Part shown: piece by piece, positions 8,938 through 19,311 of the stretch
Layout: every line of letters starts with the position of its first letter
Numbering within the stretch: position 1 is the stretch's first letter
Assembly (NCBI GenBank): GCA_964558915.1
Contig: CAZLFV010000001.1
Span: 76,835-140,834, forward strand
Origin: an uncultured Eubacteriales bacterium
GTDB taxonomy: Bacteria > Acidobacteriota > Aminicenantia > Aminicenantales > UBA8522
Direction: 5' to 3'
DNA: 64,000 nucleotides
Notes under the pieces: generated by a model
Seen by the model: only the letters and a program-made list of their open reading frames with translations
The model's database searches: none
What the model was told of the DNA's origin: nothing
Made by a program: the position numbers and the translations under genes

Positions 8938-10083
8938 ATGATAAAAAAATATTACCTTCTCTCCCCGGGCCCGACCCCGGTGCCTGAGAGTGTCCTAGCG
9001 ACCGCGGCGGAACCGATCATTCATCACAGGACTCCTGAGTTTTCCAAGATTTTCATGGAGACGACCGAAGGCATTAAGCATGTCTTTGGGACCAAAGAGG
9101 ATGTCTTTATCCTCACTTCCTCAGGCACGGGCGCTATGGAGACTGCCATTGTGAACACGCTCAGCCCTGGCGATAAAGTCATTAGCATAAACGGAGGAAA
9201 GTTCGGCGAACGGTGGGGCAATATTTGCCGAGCTTATGGCATCAACTGCAAGGAGATCGTCCTCGAATGGGGAAAGGATTTCACCAAAGAACAGTTGGAG
9301 GCGGAACTCAAAGCCAATCCGGATGTCAAGGCGGTTTTTGCGACTCTTTCTGAAACATCCAGCGGAGCAGTCTATGATATCCAGGGATATGGGGGAGTTG
9401 TCGAAAAAACTGAGGCCATCTTGGTCGTCGACGGCATCTCGGGAATCGCTGCTACGCCGTGCCCGATGGACGAATGGAAGGTCGATGTCATGGTTTCCGG
9501 CTCCCAGAAGTCGTTCATGATACCTCCGGGGCTGGCCTATATCGCTTTTGGCCAGAAAGCCTGGAAGTTCGTCGGAAACTCCAAGCTGCCCAAGTTCTAT
9601 TTTGATGCCGTTAAGGCCAAGAAGAACCTGGAAAAGCAAACAACACCATGGACGCCTGCTATCTCGCTTATTATCCAACAGAAAAAATCTCTGGATATTA
9701 TCAAGAGCATGGGTTTGGAAAGACTCTATAACCATCACCGCATCCTGGGCGAAGCGACTCGAGCCGGAGTAAAGGCCCTCAACCTGGAGCTCCTAGCTCA
9801 GAGGCCTGGCAATATCCTGACAGCCGTGAAAACTCCTCCAGGAATTGACGGTGCCAAGCTGGTCAAAACCATGCAGGGCAAGTATATGGCCTATATTGCC
9901 GGTGCTCAGGACCCGAACAAAGGAAAATTCTTCAGGATAGCCCACCTGGGTTACATGGGAGGCTTTGACGTCATCACGGCCCTGAGCGCTCTGGAACTGA
10001 CTCTGGCCGACCTGGGGTATAAGTTTGAGATGGGAAGCTCGGCCCGGGCTGCTGAGCCCATCATCAGGGAGAATTGGATATGA
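8938..10083 (+). CDS. serC: Class V PLP aminotransferase (phosphoserine / serine-glyoxylate aminotransferase type)
   Basis: N-term LLSPGPTPVPESV, SGSQKSFMIPPGLAYIAF lysine region, ~380 aa. Directly upstream of a serA-like dehydrogenase and coupled to it by an ATGA overlap. Confidence 0.7.
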   Translation: MIKKYYLLSPGPTPVPESVLATAAEPIIHHRTPEFSKIFMETTEGIKHVFGTKEDVFILTSSGTGAMETAIVNTLSPGDKVISINGGKFGERWGNICRAYGINCKEIVLEWGKDFTKEQLEAELKANPDVKAVFATLSETSSGAVYDIQGYGGVVEKTEAILVVDGISGIAATPCPMDEWKVDVMVSGSQKSFMIPPGLAYIAFGQKAWKFVGNSKLPKFYFDAVKAKKNLEKQTTPWTPAISLIIQQKKSLDIIKSMGLERLYNHHRILGEATRAGVKALNLELLAQRPGNILTAVKTPPGIDGAKLVKTMQGKYMAYIAGAQDPNKGKFFRIAHLGYMGGFDVITALSALELTLADLGYKFEMGSSARAAEPIIRENWI

Positions 10084-10979
10084 AAAAGATTCTTGTTGCA
10101 GATTCCCTTGACAAAGAAGCGCTGGACGAGTTGAAGGCCGTGCCCGGGTTTGATCTCACGGTCAAAACGGGCATGGATGAGGCCGCTCTCGTCGATACGA
10201 TTCCTGGCTACAACGCTATCGTCGTCCGCAGCGCCACAAAAGTGACCAAGAAAGTGATTGATGCCGCCGCCGGTCTGGAGATGATTGTCCGGGCGGGCAT
10301 CGGCCTGGACAATGTCGATGCGGCGGCCGCCAAAGAAAAGGGCATTAGAGTCGCCAACACGCCGGCCGCTACCACGATATCGGTGGCCGAGCTCACCTTC
10401 GGCCTGATGTTGAGCGCCGTCCGCCAGCTCGGAAGAGCCAACCTGTCGATGAAGCAGCATAAATGGGAAAAGAAGGTCATGTCCGGAACCGAGTTATACG
10501 GAAAAACGCTAGGAATCGTTGGCGCCGGCCGTATCGGCCTCGCTGTCGCGGCGAGAGCCCTGGCCTTCGGGATGAAAGTCCTTGCCTACGACATCATCGA
10601 GATCGAAACAACGCTTGACGTAAAACAGGTTACGCTGGACGAGCTCCTGGCTCAGGCGGATATCATCACGCTTCATATCCCTAAGCAGCCAAAGTATGTC
10701 ATTTCGAGGGATGAGATCCAAAAGATGAAAAACGGGGTGATCATCATCAACGCTGCTCGTGGAGGTGCTGTCGACGAGAAGGCCTTGCTCGAAGCCTTGA
10801 ATACCGGGAAAGTCCGGGCTGCCGCCTTTGATGTGTATGAGAAAGAGCCGCCGGAGGATTTTTCCTTCATCGACCATCCCAATGTCATCGCCTTGCCCCA
10901 CATCGGCGCCGCGGCTGAAGAAGGGCAGAAACGGGCGGGGTTCGAAGTCGTCAGAATCCTGAAGGAAAAATTGCGCTGA
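10080..10979 (+). CDS. serA: D-3-phosphoglycerate dehydrogenase-like D-isomer 2-hydroxyacid dehydrogenase
   Basis: GIVGAGRIGLAVA NAD-binding Rossmann motif, ARGGAVDE and HIGAA catalytic-region motifs. ATG at 10080 overlaps the serC TGA. The ORF track started at TTG 10074. Confidence 0.7.
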   Translation: MKKILVADSLDKEALDELKAVPGFDLTVKTGMDEAALVDTIPGYNAIVVRSATKVTKKVIDAAAGLEMIVRAGIGLDNVDAAAAKEKGIRVANTPAATTISVAELTFGLMLSAVRQLGRANLSMKQHKWEKKVMSGTELYGKTLGIVGAGRIGLAVAARALAFGMKVLAYDIIEIETTLDVKQVTLDELLAQADIITLHIPKQPKYVISRDEIQKMKNGVIIINAARGGAVDEKALLEALNTGKVRAAAFDVYEKEPPEDFSFIDHPNVIALPHIGAAAEEGQKRAGFEVVRILKEKLR

Positions 10980-11023
10980 GCCCGGATATCTGGAATTAGA
11001 ATCTTAATCAAAACGGAGAACAA

Positions 11024-12349
11024 ATGGCCGAAATTCAGCCTTTCAAAGGCCTTCGCTATAACACGAAAAAGGTTGACCTAAAAAATGTCATTACCGAGCC
11101 CTATGACCGGATTACACCGGCGATGCAGGAAGCTTATTACAAGAGAAGTCTTTATAATATCGTCCGCATTATCCTGGGAAAAGACGATGATCCCGAGCTT
11201 GCCGAAAAGGATAAGTATGCCCGGGCTGATTTTTACCTAAAACGATGGGAAAAAGAGGGTTTATTTGTCCGCGAGGACAAAAAAGCGGTCTATGTTTATG
11301 ACCAGGAATACACGGTGAATGGCACCGCCAAAAAAAGGCGCGGCCTCATCGCCAGGGTCAAGCTGGAAGATTTTGCCTCCAAGAGAGTTCTGCCCCACGA
11401 AAAAACATTTCCCAAACACAAAGAGGACCGGCTCAGGCTGTTGCGCGCCACGCACACGAACACTGAGCAGGTTTTTCTTCTCTACACCGATGACAATAAA
11501 AAAGTGGGCCGGGCCATCGAACGGGCGCTCGAAAAAGCAGAGCTGGCCGGAGATGTCCGGGATGAGGATGGCCATCGGAACCGACTGTGGGCGATCAAAA
11601 ATGAAAACGACATCAGCCGCATCCAGCGGACCATGGCAGATAAAATTCTAATCATCGCCGACGGCCATCACCGCTACGAGACTTCGCTCAATTACCGGCG
11701 GGAAATGCTCCAGAAGCTCCGGTCCGCCAAAGGAGACGAGGCCTTCAACTATATTATGATGACTCTCTTTGACCTCAATGACCCCGGCCTTGTCATTCTC
11801 CCGACCTACCGTTTTGTCAGAGGCCTGGAGAAATTTAGCCAGGAGGATTTTAAAACCCTCTTTTCCACGGATTTTGAAATCTCTGAGCTCGCCGAGGTCT
11901 CTGTTTCCGACCAACCCGCTTTGGCCAAGGTCCGCGCCAAAATAGATAAAGAGAGCCATACCTTTGGCGCTTTCTTCGTCGGCTCAAAAAAAGTTTTTCT
12001 GCTGCGTCTTAAATCCGAGGAGATTCTGGATAAGGAGGTTGACCCGGGAAAATCTGCGGAATGGAGAAGACTGGACGTCGCTATCCTCCATTCTCTAATC
12101 ATTGATAAGCTGGCAGTCTTTACCGAGAAGCCTTTCGTCCAGGATGAGCAGGTCGGGTATATCCGGAACCTGCAGGAAGGATTAAAGAAGGTCGCCGACG
12201 GCGAATGGCAGGTGATCTTCCTCCTCAAGCCGTGTTCCCTTCAGCAGATCAGACAGGTCGTGGAGAAGGGCGAGCTTATGCCCCACAAATCCACAGACTT
12301 CTTTCCCAAACTGAAGTCGGGACTCGTGCTTAACCCGTTGGAGGATTAG
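11024..12349 (+). CDS. DUF1015 (COG4198) family protein
   Basis: N-terminus MAEIQPFKGLRYN characteristic of DUF1015, ~440 aa. GGAG 6 nt before the ATG. Confidence 0.55.
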   Translation: MAEIQPFKGLRYNTKKVDLKNVITEPYDRITPAMQEAYYKRSLYNIVRIILGKDDDPELAEKDKYARADFYLKRWEKEGLFVREDKKAVYVYDQEYTVNGTAKKRRGLIARVKLEDFASKRVLPHEKTFPKHKEDRLRLLRATHTNTEQVFLLYTDDNKKVGRAIERALEKAELAGDVRDEDGHRNRLWAIKNENDISRIQRTMADKILIIADGHHRYETSLNYRREMLQKLRSAKGDEAFNYIMMTLFDLNDPGLVILPTYRFVRGLEKFSQEDFKTLFSTDFEISELAEVSVSDQPALAKVRAKIDKESHTFGAFFVGSKKVFLLRLKSEEILDKEVDPGKSAEWRRLDVAILHSLIIDKLAVFTEKPFVQDEQVGYIRNLQEGLKKVADGEWQVIFLLKPCSLQQIRQVVEKGELMPHKSTDFFPKLKSGLVLNPLED

Positions 12350-12379
12350 CCCAAAACCGCGAAAAAATTAGGAAACACG

Positions 12380-13537
12380 ATGGTCTATCTTGATAACAAT
12401 GCGACAACGCCACTGGATTCAGCCGTGGCCGAAAAGATGTGCTGGTTTCTTAAGGAGCATTTCGGAAACCCGTCTTCGCTTTATCCTATCGGAAGAGCTG
12501 TCAGGGACATCATCACAGAGGCGAGGGAGACGGTCGCGAAGGCCCTGGCCGCGCACCGCAACGAAATTATATTCACGGGCTCAGGGACAGAGTCGGACAA
12601 TTTTGCCATTCGCGGAGTGATCGACACGTTTCCCGAGAAGAACGAGATCATCACCTCGACCATCGAGCATCTTGCCGTCCTCCGGGTGGCCAATTATCTG
12701 GAAAAAAAAGGAGTCAAGGTCACTTATGTGCCCGTTGACCGGCTGGGAACAGTGGACCTTGATTTCCTCAAGGATTCGATCACGCCACGAACGGCCCTCA
12801 TCTCGATTATGCTGGCCAATAATGAAATTGGGACGATCCAGCCGATTGAACAGATTGTGAAAATTGCCCGGGACAAAGGTGTCTTAGTGCACACAGATGC
12901 CGTCCAAGCCTTTGGAAAAATGGACCTGAACGTCGAGAAACTCGGTGTTGACCTTCTTTCCGTGTCCGCCCACAAAATTTATGGGCCTAAGGGCGTAGGC
13001 GCTCTATATGTCCGTAGGGGAGTCGATATTTGCCCGTTCATCCAGGGAGGGCATCAAGAACGGGGGATGCGGGCGGGCACAGAAAACACAATCGGAATTG
13101 TCGGGTTCGGGGAATCGGCACGGATTTTGATGGAAAGAGGCAGAAAAGACAGGGACAGGATAGAAAGGCTCGCTGAGTCATTGAAAAAAGGGATCGAGGC
13201 GACCATCCCCAAAACGAAGTTCAACGGACATCCCGATAAAAGGGTCAAGAATACTCTGAACTTTTCTTTCCTCGGCCTCGAGGCGGAAGCTATCCTTCTG
13301 GCTTTGGCGACCAAGGGGATTTGCGTTTCCACCGGCTCGGCCTGTTCGGAAGAATCCGAAGATGTCTCTCATGTCCTCCTGTCCATAGGGCTGCGGCCTG
13401 AAATCGCGCGTTCCTCGGTCAGGATGTCTCTTGGCCGGTTCAACACGGACGAAGATATCCAGGTAGTTCTCCGGGAGCTTCCAGGGATAATCGAGAAGCT
13501 CCGGCAGATATCCGCTTTTGAACCGGATGAGGAATAG
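12380..13537 (+). CDS. nifS: Cysteine desulfurase, NifS/IscS family
   Basis: MVYLDNNATTPLD start, SVSAHKIYGPKGVGALYV PLP-lysine motif, C-terminal STGSACS active-site Cys loop. Confidence 0.85.
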   Translation: MVYLDNNATTPLDSAVAEKMCWFLKEHFGNPSSLYPIGRAVRDIITEARETVAKALAAHRNEIIFTGSGTESDNFAIRGVIDTFPEKNEIITSTIEHLAVLRVANYLEKKGVKVTYVPVDRLGTVDLDFLKDSITPRTALISIMLANNEIGTIQPIEQIVKIARDKGVLVHTDAVQAFGKMDLNVEKLGVDLLSVSAHKIYGPKGVGALYVRRGVDICPFIQGGHQERGMRAGTENTIGIVGFGESARILMERGRKDRDRIERLAESLKKGIEATIPKTKFNGHPDKRVKNTLNFSFLGLEAEAILLALATKGICVSTGSACSEESEDVSHVLLSIGLRPEIARSSVRMSLGRFNTDEDIQVVLRELPGIIEKLRQISAFEPDEE

Positions 13538-13576
13538 GGGCCGGTTCCCCTCCTTAAAGAACTCGCTGCTGCAGTC

Positions 13577-14122
13577 CTATTTTAGGGCGGAGCGACGGAG
13601 CTGCTCGAGATAGACCCGCCGTACCTCGAGGAAGAATTTCCCGTACCCTTCCCGTTTGAAATCCGGGTACGTCCAGTCGAGTATCTTAATCCCCTGCTTG
13701 CTGAATAGAAATTCAAGGTGGCCATAGATTCCCTGGGAGAGGGGGATGCGGTGGGAAAAATCTTTGGCTGTGGCCATGATGAGCGCCGAGGCGGTGAGAA
13801 TGCCGGGGTCGATATTGACCACCCTGAAATTTTTCCCCGACTCTTGCCTGATCTTTTTTTCGAGAGCATTTGTCTGGATTTTCAGATTGCTCAATGTGTC
13901 GGGCGAAACAAGTTCGACAAAACTCAAGAATACCCTTTCCAGGTTGGTCCTCATTTGCTCTTCGTAATAATTTGTGAGATCAAACGGAAAAAGGGGACTT
14001 TTAAGATCAGTCGAGCCGAAGAGCGCCTGGAGCTCCTTCTCCGCCCTTTCAAAATAAGCCGCTTGGGATGAAATGATGCCGACGATCAGTTTGGCAGGGG
14101 GAAAAGATTTCGGCTCAGCCAT
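13577..14122 (-). CDS. Conserved hypothetical protein (possibly DUF4416 family)
   Basis: Start moved to the ATG at 14122 (MAEPKSFPPAKLIVGIISS...). The longer ORF-track start would overlap the asnS promoter and ATG. No recognisable catalytic motif. Confidence 0.4.
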   Translation of the reverse strand: MAEPKSFPPAKLIVGIISSQAAYFERAEKELQALFGSTDLKSPLFPFDLTNYYEEQMRTNLERVFLSFVELVSPDTLSNLKIQTNALEKKIRQESGKNFRVVNIDPGILTASALIMATAKDFSHRIPLSQGIYGHLEFLFSKQGIKILDWTYPDFKREGYGKFFLEVRRVYLEQLRRSALK

Positions 14123-14214
14123 TTTTATATACATAAAATAAAACCGCTGAAAACGCAACCAAAGATACGCCAGACCTAGCGGGGCGGTGAATCCGCTGAG
14201 AGCTGTTCGTTTAT

Positions 14215-14243
14215 TTGACCTACTTTTTTCAATCACTTATAAT
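14215..14243 (+). promoter_or_regulatory. Consensus sigma70 promoter (TTGACC-17-TATAAT) 9 nt upstream of the asnS ATG
   Basis: TTGACC at 14215-14220, 17 nt spacer, TATAAT at 14238-14243. The ATG at 14253 has no SD, implying a leaderless or near-leaderless mRNA. Confidence 0.5.
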
Positions 14244-14252
14244 GGGTGCGCC

Positions 14253-15545
14253 ATGAAATGGGTATATATCGAGGAAATCGGCGGGCACGCTGGCGAAGAC
14301 GTTGAAATCAGGGGCTGGGTCTATAACAAGCGCTCCAGCGGCAAGGTCCGGTTTCTCCTGGTCAGAGACGGTACCGGGATCATCCAGGCCACAATCGCCA
14401 GTGAGTTCAAAGATCATCCGCTTTTCCAACAGTTCGATGTTTTAACGCAGGAGTCTTCGGTCATTGTTCGAGGATCGGTCAGGGAAGAAAAAAGGGCACC
14501 GGGCGGCCATGAAATCAGCATTCAAGATATGGAAACACTCCAGGTCGCCCTTGACTACCCTATCACTCCGAAGGAACACAGCACGCCCTTTTTGATGGAG
14601 CACCGGCATCTTTGGCTCCGCTCCCGCAAGCAGCATGCGGCTCTTCAGGTCAGGGCCGAGCTCATCAAGGCCATCCGCGATTTTTTTGACAATCGCGGGT
14701 TCCGGCTTATGGATACGCCGATTCTCACCCCGAGCTCATGTGAAGGCACCACAACGCTTTTTGAGACGGAGTATTTTGACCAGAAGGCTTACCTCAGTCA
14801 GAGCGGGCAGCTCTATAACGAGGCTACCGCCATGGCCTTCGGAAAAGTCTACTGTTTTGGGCCGACTTTCCGGGCCGAGAAATCAAAGACGCGGCGCCAC
14901 CTGATCGAATTCTGGATGGTCGAGCCCGAAGTGGCCTTTGCCAAGCTCGATGATACAATCGAGCTAGCCCAGGATCTTGTCCTCTTTATCCTGGGAAGAG
15001 TCCTTGAAAAAAGGCGGCAAGAGCTCGAGGTCCTGGAACGGGATACCACGTCGCTTGAAAAAATCAAGAAGCCTTTTCCGCGCGTGACCTACGAGGAAGT
15101 GCTCGGGCTGCTTCAACAAAAGGGCTCCTCAATGGCTTGGGGAGACGATTTCGGGGCCCCTGAAGAAACCTTGATTTCCGAGATCTTTGACAGTCCCGTG
15201 TGCGTCACCCATTTTCCCTCCAAGACCAAGGCTTTTTACATGCAGCCGGACGAAAAACGGCCTGACCTGGCCCTTGGCGTGGACGTTTTGGCCTCCGAGG
15301 GTTACGGCGAGATTATCGGCGGTGGACAACGCATTCATGACCTTGGGCTCCTGGAGAAGCGAATCAAAGAATATAATTTGCCCCCGCAGGCATATGAGTG
15401 GTACTTGGACCTCAGAAAATACGGGAGTGTCCCCCACTCCGGTTTTGGCCTCGGGGTCGAGAGAACCCTTGCTTGGATCTGCGGCATCAAGCACATCCGC
15501 GAGACCATTCCCTTCCCCCGTCTTCTTTACCGCATTTATCCGTAA
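14253..15545 (+). CDS. asnS: Asparaginyl-tRNA synthetase
   Basis: N-terminal OB fold ([26 protein letters not shown]). Class II motifs [24 protein letters not shown] and GGGQRIH...GFGLGVERT. Confidence 0.85.
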   Translation: MKWVYIEEIGGHAGEDVEIRGWVYNKRSSGKVRFLLVRDGTGIIQATIASEFKDHPLFQQFDVLTQESSVIVRGSVREEKRAPGGHEISIQDMETLQVALDYPITPKEHSTPFLMEHRHLWLRSRKQHAALQVRAELIKAIRDFFDNRGFRLMDTPILTPSSCEGTTTLFETEYFDQKAYLSQSGQLYNEATAMAFGKVYCFGPTFRAEKSKTRRHLIEFWMVEPEVAFAKLDDTIELAQDLVLFILGRVLEKRRQELEVLERDTTSLEKIKKPFPRVTYEEVLGLLQQKGSSMAWGDDFGAPEETLISEIFDSPVCVTHFPSKTKAFYMQPDEKRPDLALGVDVLASEGYGEIIGGGQRIHDLGLLEKRIKEYNLPPQAYEWYLDLRKYGSVPHSGFGLGVERTLAWICGIKHIRETIPFPRLLYRIYP

Positions 15546-15669
15546 AAGAAGAGTCAATTTTCCATGAGGATAATAATTATTCAGTGCAGGAACGAGTCCA
15601 GGGATGCCGCTTTTGAGCGGCCGGGCTGAATCTGAGTGTCCTGAAAAGGAAAACCAGGCCTCTAACACA

Positions 15670-17031
15670 ATGGACAGACACCAGGATTCAGGCGGGCCCC
15701 GCGGAGGCAGAGGCAAAACCGTCTCCCTGGCGACGTTCGGCTGCGCCAAGAACCTCGTCGATAGCGAAGTGATGCTCGGATACCTCCGCCGGGCCGGCTA
15801 TAGCGTTCTTCCAGTCCCGGATAGAGCCGATGTCATTATTTTGAATACTTGTGGGTTTATCGGTCTGGCCAAAGAAGAAGCGGCGCAGGCGTTGAAGGAA
15901 GCAGCCGCCCATAAAAGAAGAGACAATAGCAAAACTATCATTGCGACAGGATGCTATGTCGAAAGGTTCGGAGAAGGCCTCAGGTCAGAATACCCGGAGG
16001 TCGATGTCTGGCTCGGAGTGAAGGACTTTGACAAGATCGTCCAGGCCATAGAGGGCCGGAGCTTCCGTCGCGGCAAGGAGACTTTCCTCTGCAGCCACAA
16101 AACGCCCCGGCTGATTTCAACCCCTCCTTCTTGGGCTTATGTCAAAATCTCAGAAGGCTGCTCTCATGAGTGCGCTTTTTGCGCCATCCCTCTGATCAAA
16201 GGCCCTTACCGGTCCCGCCCCCTTTCCTCCATCGTCGCCGAGGCCCGCGAGCTTGGCCGTCGCGGGATTAAAGAAATAAACCTGATCTCCCAGGACACCA
16301 CGTATTTCGGCCATGATAAGGGGATAAACAACGGCCTGGTGAGGCTCCTGCGCCGGCTTATTGACGTTCCCGGCCTCAGCTGGATCCGTTTTCTCTATGG
16401 CTACCCCGAGGAAATCACAGATGACCTGCTCGAAATTATGGCGGATAAAAAAATCTGCGCCTACCTCGATATCCCGTTCCAGCATGCGGACAGCCGCGTC
16501 CTCAGAGCAATGAGAAGGAGCACGGACGGCAAAAGAGGTCTTGCCTTGATCGAAAAAATCCGCAAAAGGCTCCCTGATGTCGCCCTCCGGACTTCACTCA
16601 TCGTCGGTTTCCCCAGCGAGGGGCGGAAAGAATTCGAGACTCTCAAGGCTTTTGTGCGGACAGCGCGATTCGATCACCTGGGTGTTTTCACGTATTCCCC
16701 AGAGGATGGGACAAATTCTTTCAGGTTGGGCAACCCAGTTTCCGAGCAGGATAAAGCCTCCAGGCAAGAAGAGATCATGTGGATTCAGGCAGGAATATCA
16801 GCGGAAAACAACAAGAAATACCTGAAGCGCAGGATCGAAGTCTTGATTGACAATCCATTCACGCATCGCCAGAAGCCGTTCTCAGGCCGGGCCCGGTTTC
16901 AAGCTCCGGAAGTGGACGGAGTGGTTTATATCCAGGAAAACAGGCACACATCCCATGAGCTTAGGCCTTTGGAAACAGTTGAAATAGTCGCCGCAGATGT
17001 ATATGATCTTCACGGAAAAATAGTTCCATGA
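15670..17031 (+). CDS. rimO: Ribosomal protein S12 methylthiotransferase RimO (MiaB-family radical SAM)
   Basis: VSLATFGCAKNLVDSEVM (RimO-type MTTase N-domain), radical SAM CSHECAFCAIP, C-terminal TRAM domain. Start chosen at the ATG at 15670. Confidence 0.8.
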   Translation: MDRHQDSGGPRGGRGKTVSLATFGCAKNLVDSEVMLGYLRRAGYSVLPVPDRADVIILNTCGFIGLAKEEAAQALKEAAAHKRRDNSKTIIATGCYVERFGEGLRSEYPEVDVWLGVKDFDKIVQAIEGRSFRRGKETFLCSHKTPRLISTPPSWAYVKISEGCSHECAFCAIPLIKGPYRSRPLSSIVAEARELGRRGIKEINLISQDTTYFGHDKGINNGLVRLLRRLIDVPGLSWIRFLYGYPEEITDDLLEIMADKKICAYLDIPFQHADSRVLRAMRRSTDGKRGLALIEKIRKRLPDVALRTSLIVGFPSEGRKEFETLKAFVRTARFDHLGVFTYSPEDGTNSFRLGNPVSEQDKASRQEEIMWIQAGISAENNKKYLKRRIEVLIDNPFTHRQKPFSGRARFQAPEVDGVVYIQENRHTSHELRPLETVEIVAADVYDLHGKIVP

Positions 17032-17477
17032 AAGTCGTGGGGAGGGTGATCGCCACCTTTTTTGGAATCGGGTTTTTCCCTGTCGCCCCCGGAACAGCGG
17101 CAAGTCTCGCCGTCGTCTTGATCTACAAATTTCTCCTCGCTCCTTTGCCTTGGGCTTTTGTCTTTGTCTTGCTTTTCCTGCTCGGTATCCTTGGTCTGGT
17201 TTCCTCCGCTTTTTATTCCTCGGAACTCGGGGAGAAAGATCCCAGGAGAATTGTCATTGATGAAGTGTGCGGCCAGCTTCTGGCCCTGATTTTTGTGCCG
17301 CCGACGTGGACTGCTCTGGGCCTTTCCTTTGCTCTGTTCCGTTTTTTTGATATCGTCAAGCCCTGGCCCGTCACCAAATCTGAAAAGCTCCGCGGAGGCT
17401 GGGGGATCATGGTGGATGACCTCATGGCTGCGGCGATTTCCCTGATTATCCTCCAGGCTTACCTTTATCTGAAGTGA
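17028..17477 (+). CDS. pgpA: Phosphatidylglycerophosphatase A
   Basis: FFGIGFFPVAPGTAASL...VIDEVCGQ PgpA signature. ATGA overlap with rimO. Confidence 0.8.
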   Translation: MKVVGRVIATFFGIGFFPVAPGTAASLAVVLIYKFLLAPLPWAFVFVLLFLLGILGLVSSAFYSSELGEKDPRRIVIDEVCGQLLALIFVPPTWTALGLSFALFRFFDIVKPWPVTKSEKLRGGWGIMVDDLMAAAISLIILQAYLYLK

Positions 17478-18757
17478 ACAGAAGCGTTCCGGACAAAGTC
17501 GAAATTATCGCTATCGGCTCAGAATTACTCACGCCATATTATCAAGACACCAACTCGCTCTATTTGACCCAGCGCCTGAATGAGCTCGGTTTCGATGTCG
17601 CGTTCAAGACAATCGTTGGGGATGACATAGAAAATATCCGTCTCCGAATCAAAAAAGCTCTTGAGCAATCCGACCTTGTTCTCGCCATCGGCGGACTTGG
17701 CCCCACAGGGGATGATAGAACCCGGGAGGCACTTGCCGCCGTCTTGAACAGGAAGCTCGTCTTGGACAAAGACATTCTCCGAAGAATCGAAGAGCGGTTC
17801 AGGCGGAGACGCATTCCCATGCCCGCTGCCAATCGGAAGCAAGCTTACCTCGTTCAAGGTGCTGACGCCTTACCCAACCTGAGCGGGACAGCGCCCGGTC
17901 AATGGCTTGAGGCGGGAGGAAAAACAATCGTTCTGCTCCCCGGGCCGCCGGGTGAACTTAAGCCGATGTTTGAGGAATCGGTATGGCCGCGGCTTTCGGC
18001 CAGGCGTGGGGGATATTTGGCCCGCTTGGTTCTCAAGATTGCGGGCTTGACGGAATCGCAAGTTGAGATGCTGGTTGGCGACCTCTACCCCAAAAGGCCA
18101 GATGTTCGAGTCACGATTTTGGCCTCCCCAGGTCAAATCGAGGTCCACCTGACCTCCCTTTCTCCATCGGATGCCGCCGAGGCCGAACGGAAAATCCAGG
18201 AGCTGAAAAAGAAGCTGCTCAGGCGTCTGAAGGCCAATGTTTTTTCTGAGTCGGGCGAGGACCTGGAAGATGTCGTCGGCAGTCTCTTGAAGGAAAATAA
18301 GCAAACCCTGGCCGTGGCTGAATCTTGCTCCGGAGGATTGCTCAGCCACAGGCTGACAAATAGACCCGGTAGCTCCGATTATTTCCTGGAGGCGGTTGTG
18401 GCCTACAGCAATGCCGCCAAGACCGACCTTCTGGCTGTTTCTCCTTCGCTCATCAAGAGGCACGGCGCTGTCAGCCCCTCGGTGGCTCGAGCCATGGCCA
18501 GGGGAGTCAGAGCTAGGGCCCGTGCTGACTATGGGTTGGCAATCACTGGCATTGCCGGCCCCACTGGCGGGACACCTGAAAAGCCGGTCGGGCTTGTTTT
18601 TGTTGCCCTCGCTTGGGACGGAGGGGTTGCCGTCTGGAAATGTCTTTTTTTGGGGACAAGAAGGCAAATTAAGTTCCAATCGACCCAAAAGGCGCTGGAC
18701 GTGCTCCGAAGACATCTTCTCCAGCCGAGACAAAAACGATCAGGGGAGCAAAAATGA
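17474..18757 (+). CDS. cinA: CinA: MoCF-biosynthesis-like domain + NMN deamidase (PncC) domain
   Basis: N-term VEIIAIGSELL...LAIGGLGPTGDD, C-terminal CinA domain AVAESCSGGLL. GTG start overlapping the pgpA stop (GTGA). Confidence 0.8.
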   Translation: MNRSVPDKVEIIAIGSELLTPYYQDTNSLYLTQRLNELGFDVAFKTIVGDDIENIRLRIKKALEQSDLVLAIGGLGPTGDDRTREALAAVLNRKLVLDKDILRRIEERFRRRRIPMPAANRKQAYLVQGADALPNLSGTAPGQWLEAGGKTIVLLPGPPGELKPMFEESVWPRLSARRGGYLARLVLKIAGLTESQVEMLVGDLYPKRPDVRVTILASPGQIEVHLTSLSPSDAAEAERKIQELKKKLLRRLKANVFSESGEDLEDVVGSLLKENKQTLAVAESCSGGLLSHRLTNRPGSSDYFLEAVVAYSNAAKTDLLAVSPSLIKRHGAVSPSVARAMARGVRARARADYGLAITGIAGPTGGTPEKPVGLVFVALAWDGGVAVWKCLFLGTRRQIKFQSTQKALDVLRRHLLQPRQKRSGEQK

Positions 18758-19311
18758 GAGCTTTTATCGCTATCGACCTGGACGACCGTTTGAAAAAAAA
18801 TCTGGAGGCGCTCATTGATGAGCTCCGGCCCAACGGCAAGAACATCCGCTGGGTCAGTGCTCAAGGGATGCATCTCACTTTAAAGTTCTTAGGTGAAATC
18901 CCCGAACAGGATTTTTCCCGGCTCGCCGATCCGCTCAGGAATCTCGTCAAGAACCATACCGGGTTTGACCTCAGGCTCAAAGGAACAGGCTGGTTCCCGC
19001 CCGGCCGGAAAAACCCACGCGTCCTTTGGGTTGGCGTGGAGGCAGGTCCCTCCCTTGAAATCCTACAAAAGGATATAGAAACCGCCGCAGAAAAACTTGG
19101 ATTCCCGCGGGAGGCGAGAGAATTCCATCCCCACCTGACCTTGGGCCGGGTGAAATTTCCCTCTCAGCTTGATGCCGTTCTTTCAGACCTGGAAAAACAC
19201 CGGGAGACGGTTTTTGGAGAGATGTGGACTTCGAAGGTCACTCTTTTTAGGAGCATCCTTAAGCCATCAGGGGCTGAGTATAGTGTTCTTTCGGAGTTTC
19301 CCTTGGGATGA
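18754..19311 (+). CDS. thpR: RNA 2',3'-cyclic phosphodiesterase (2H family, LigT/ThpR)
   Basis: Two H-x-T-x motifs (HLTLKF and HLTLGR), ~185 aa. ATGA overlap with cinA. Confidence 0.75.
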   Translation: MRAFIAIDLDDRLKKNLEALIDELRPNGKNIRWVSAQGMHLTLKFLGEIPEQDFSRLADPLRNLVKNHTGFDLRLKGTGWFPPGRKNPRVLWVGVEAGPSLEILQKDIETAAEKLGFPREAREFHPHLTLGRVKFPSQLDAVLSDLEKHRETVFGEMWTSKVTLFRSILKPSGAEYSVLSEFPLG

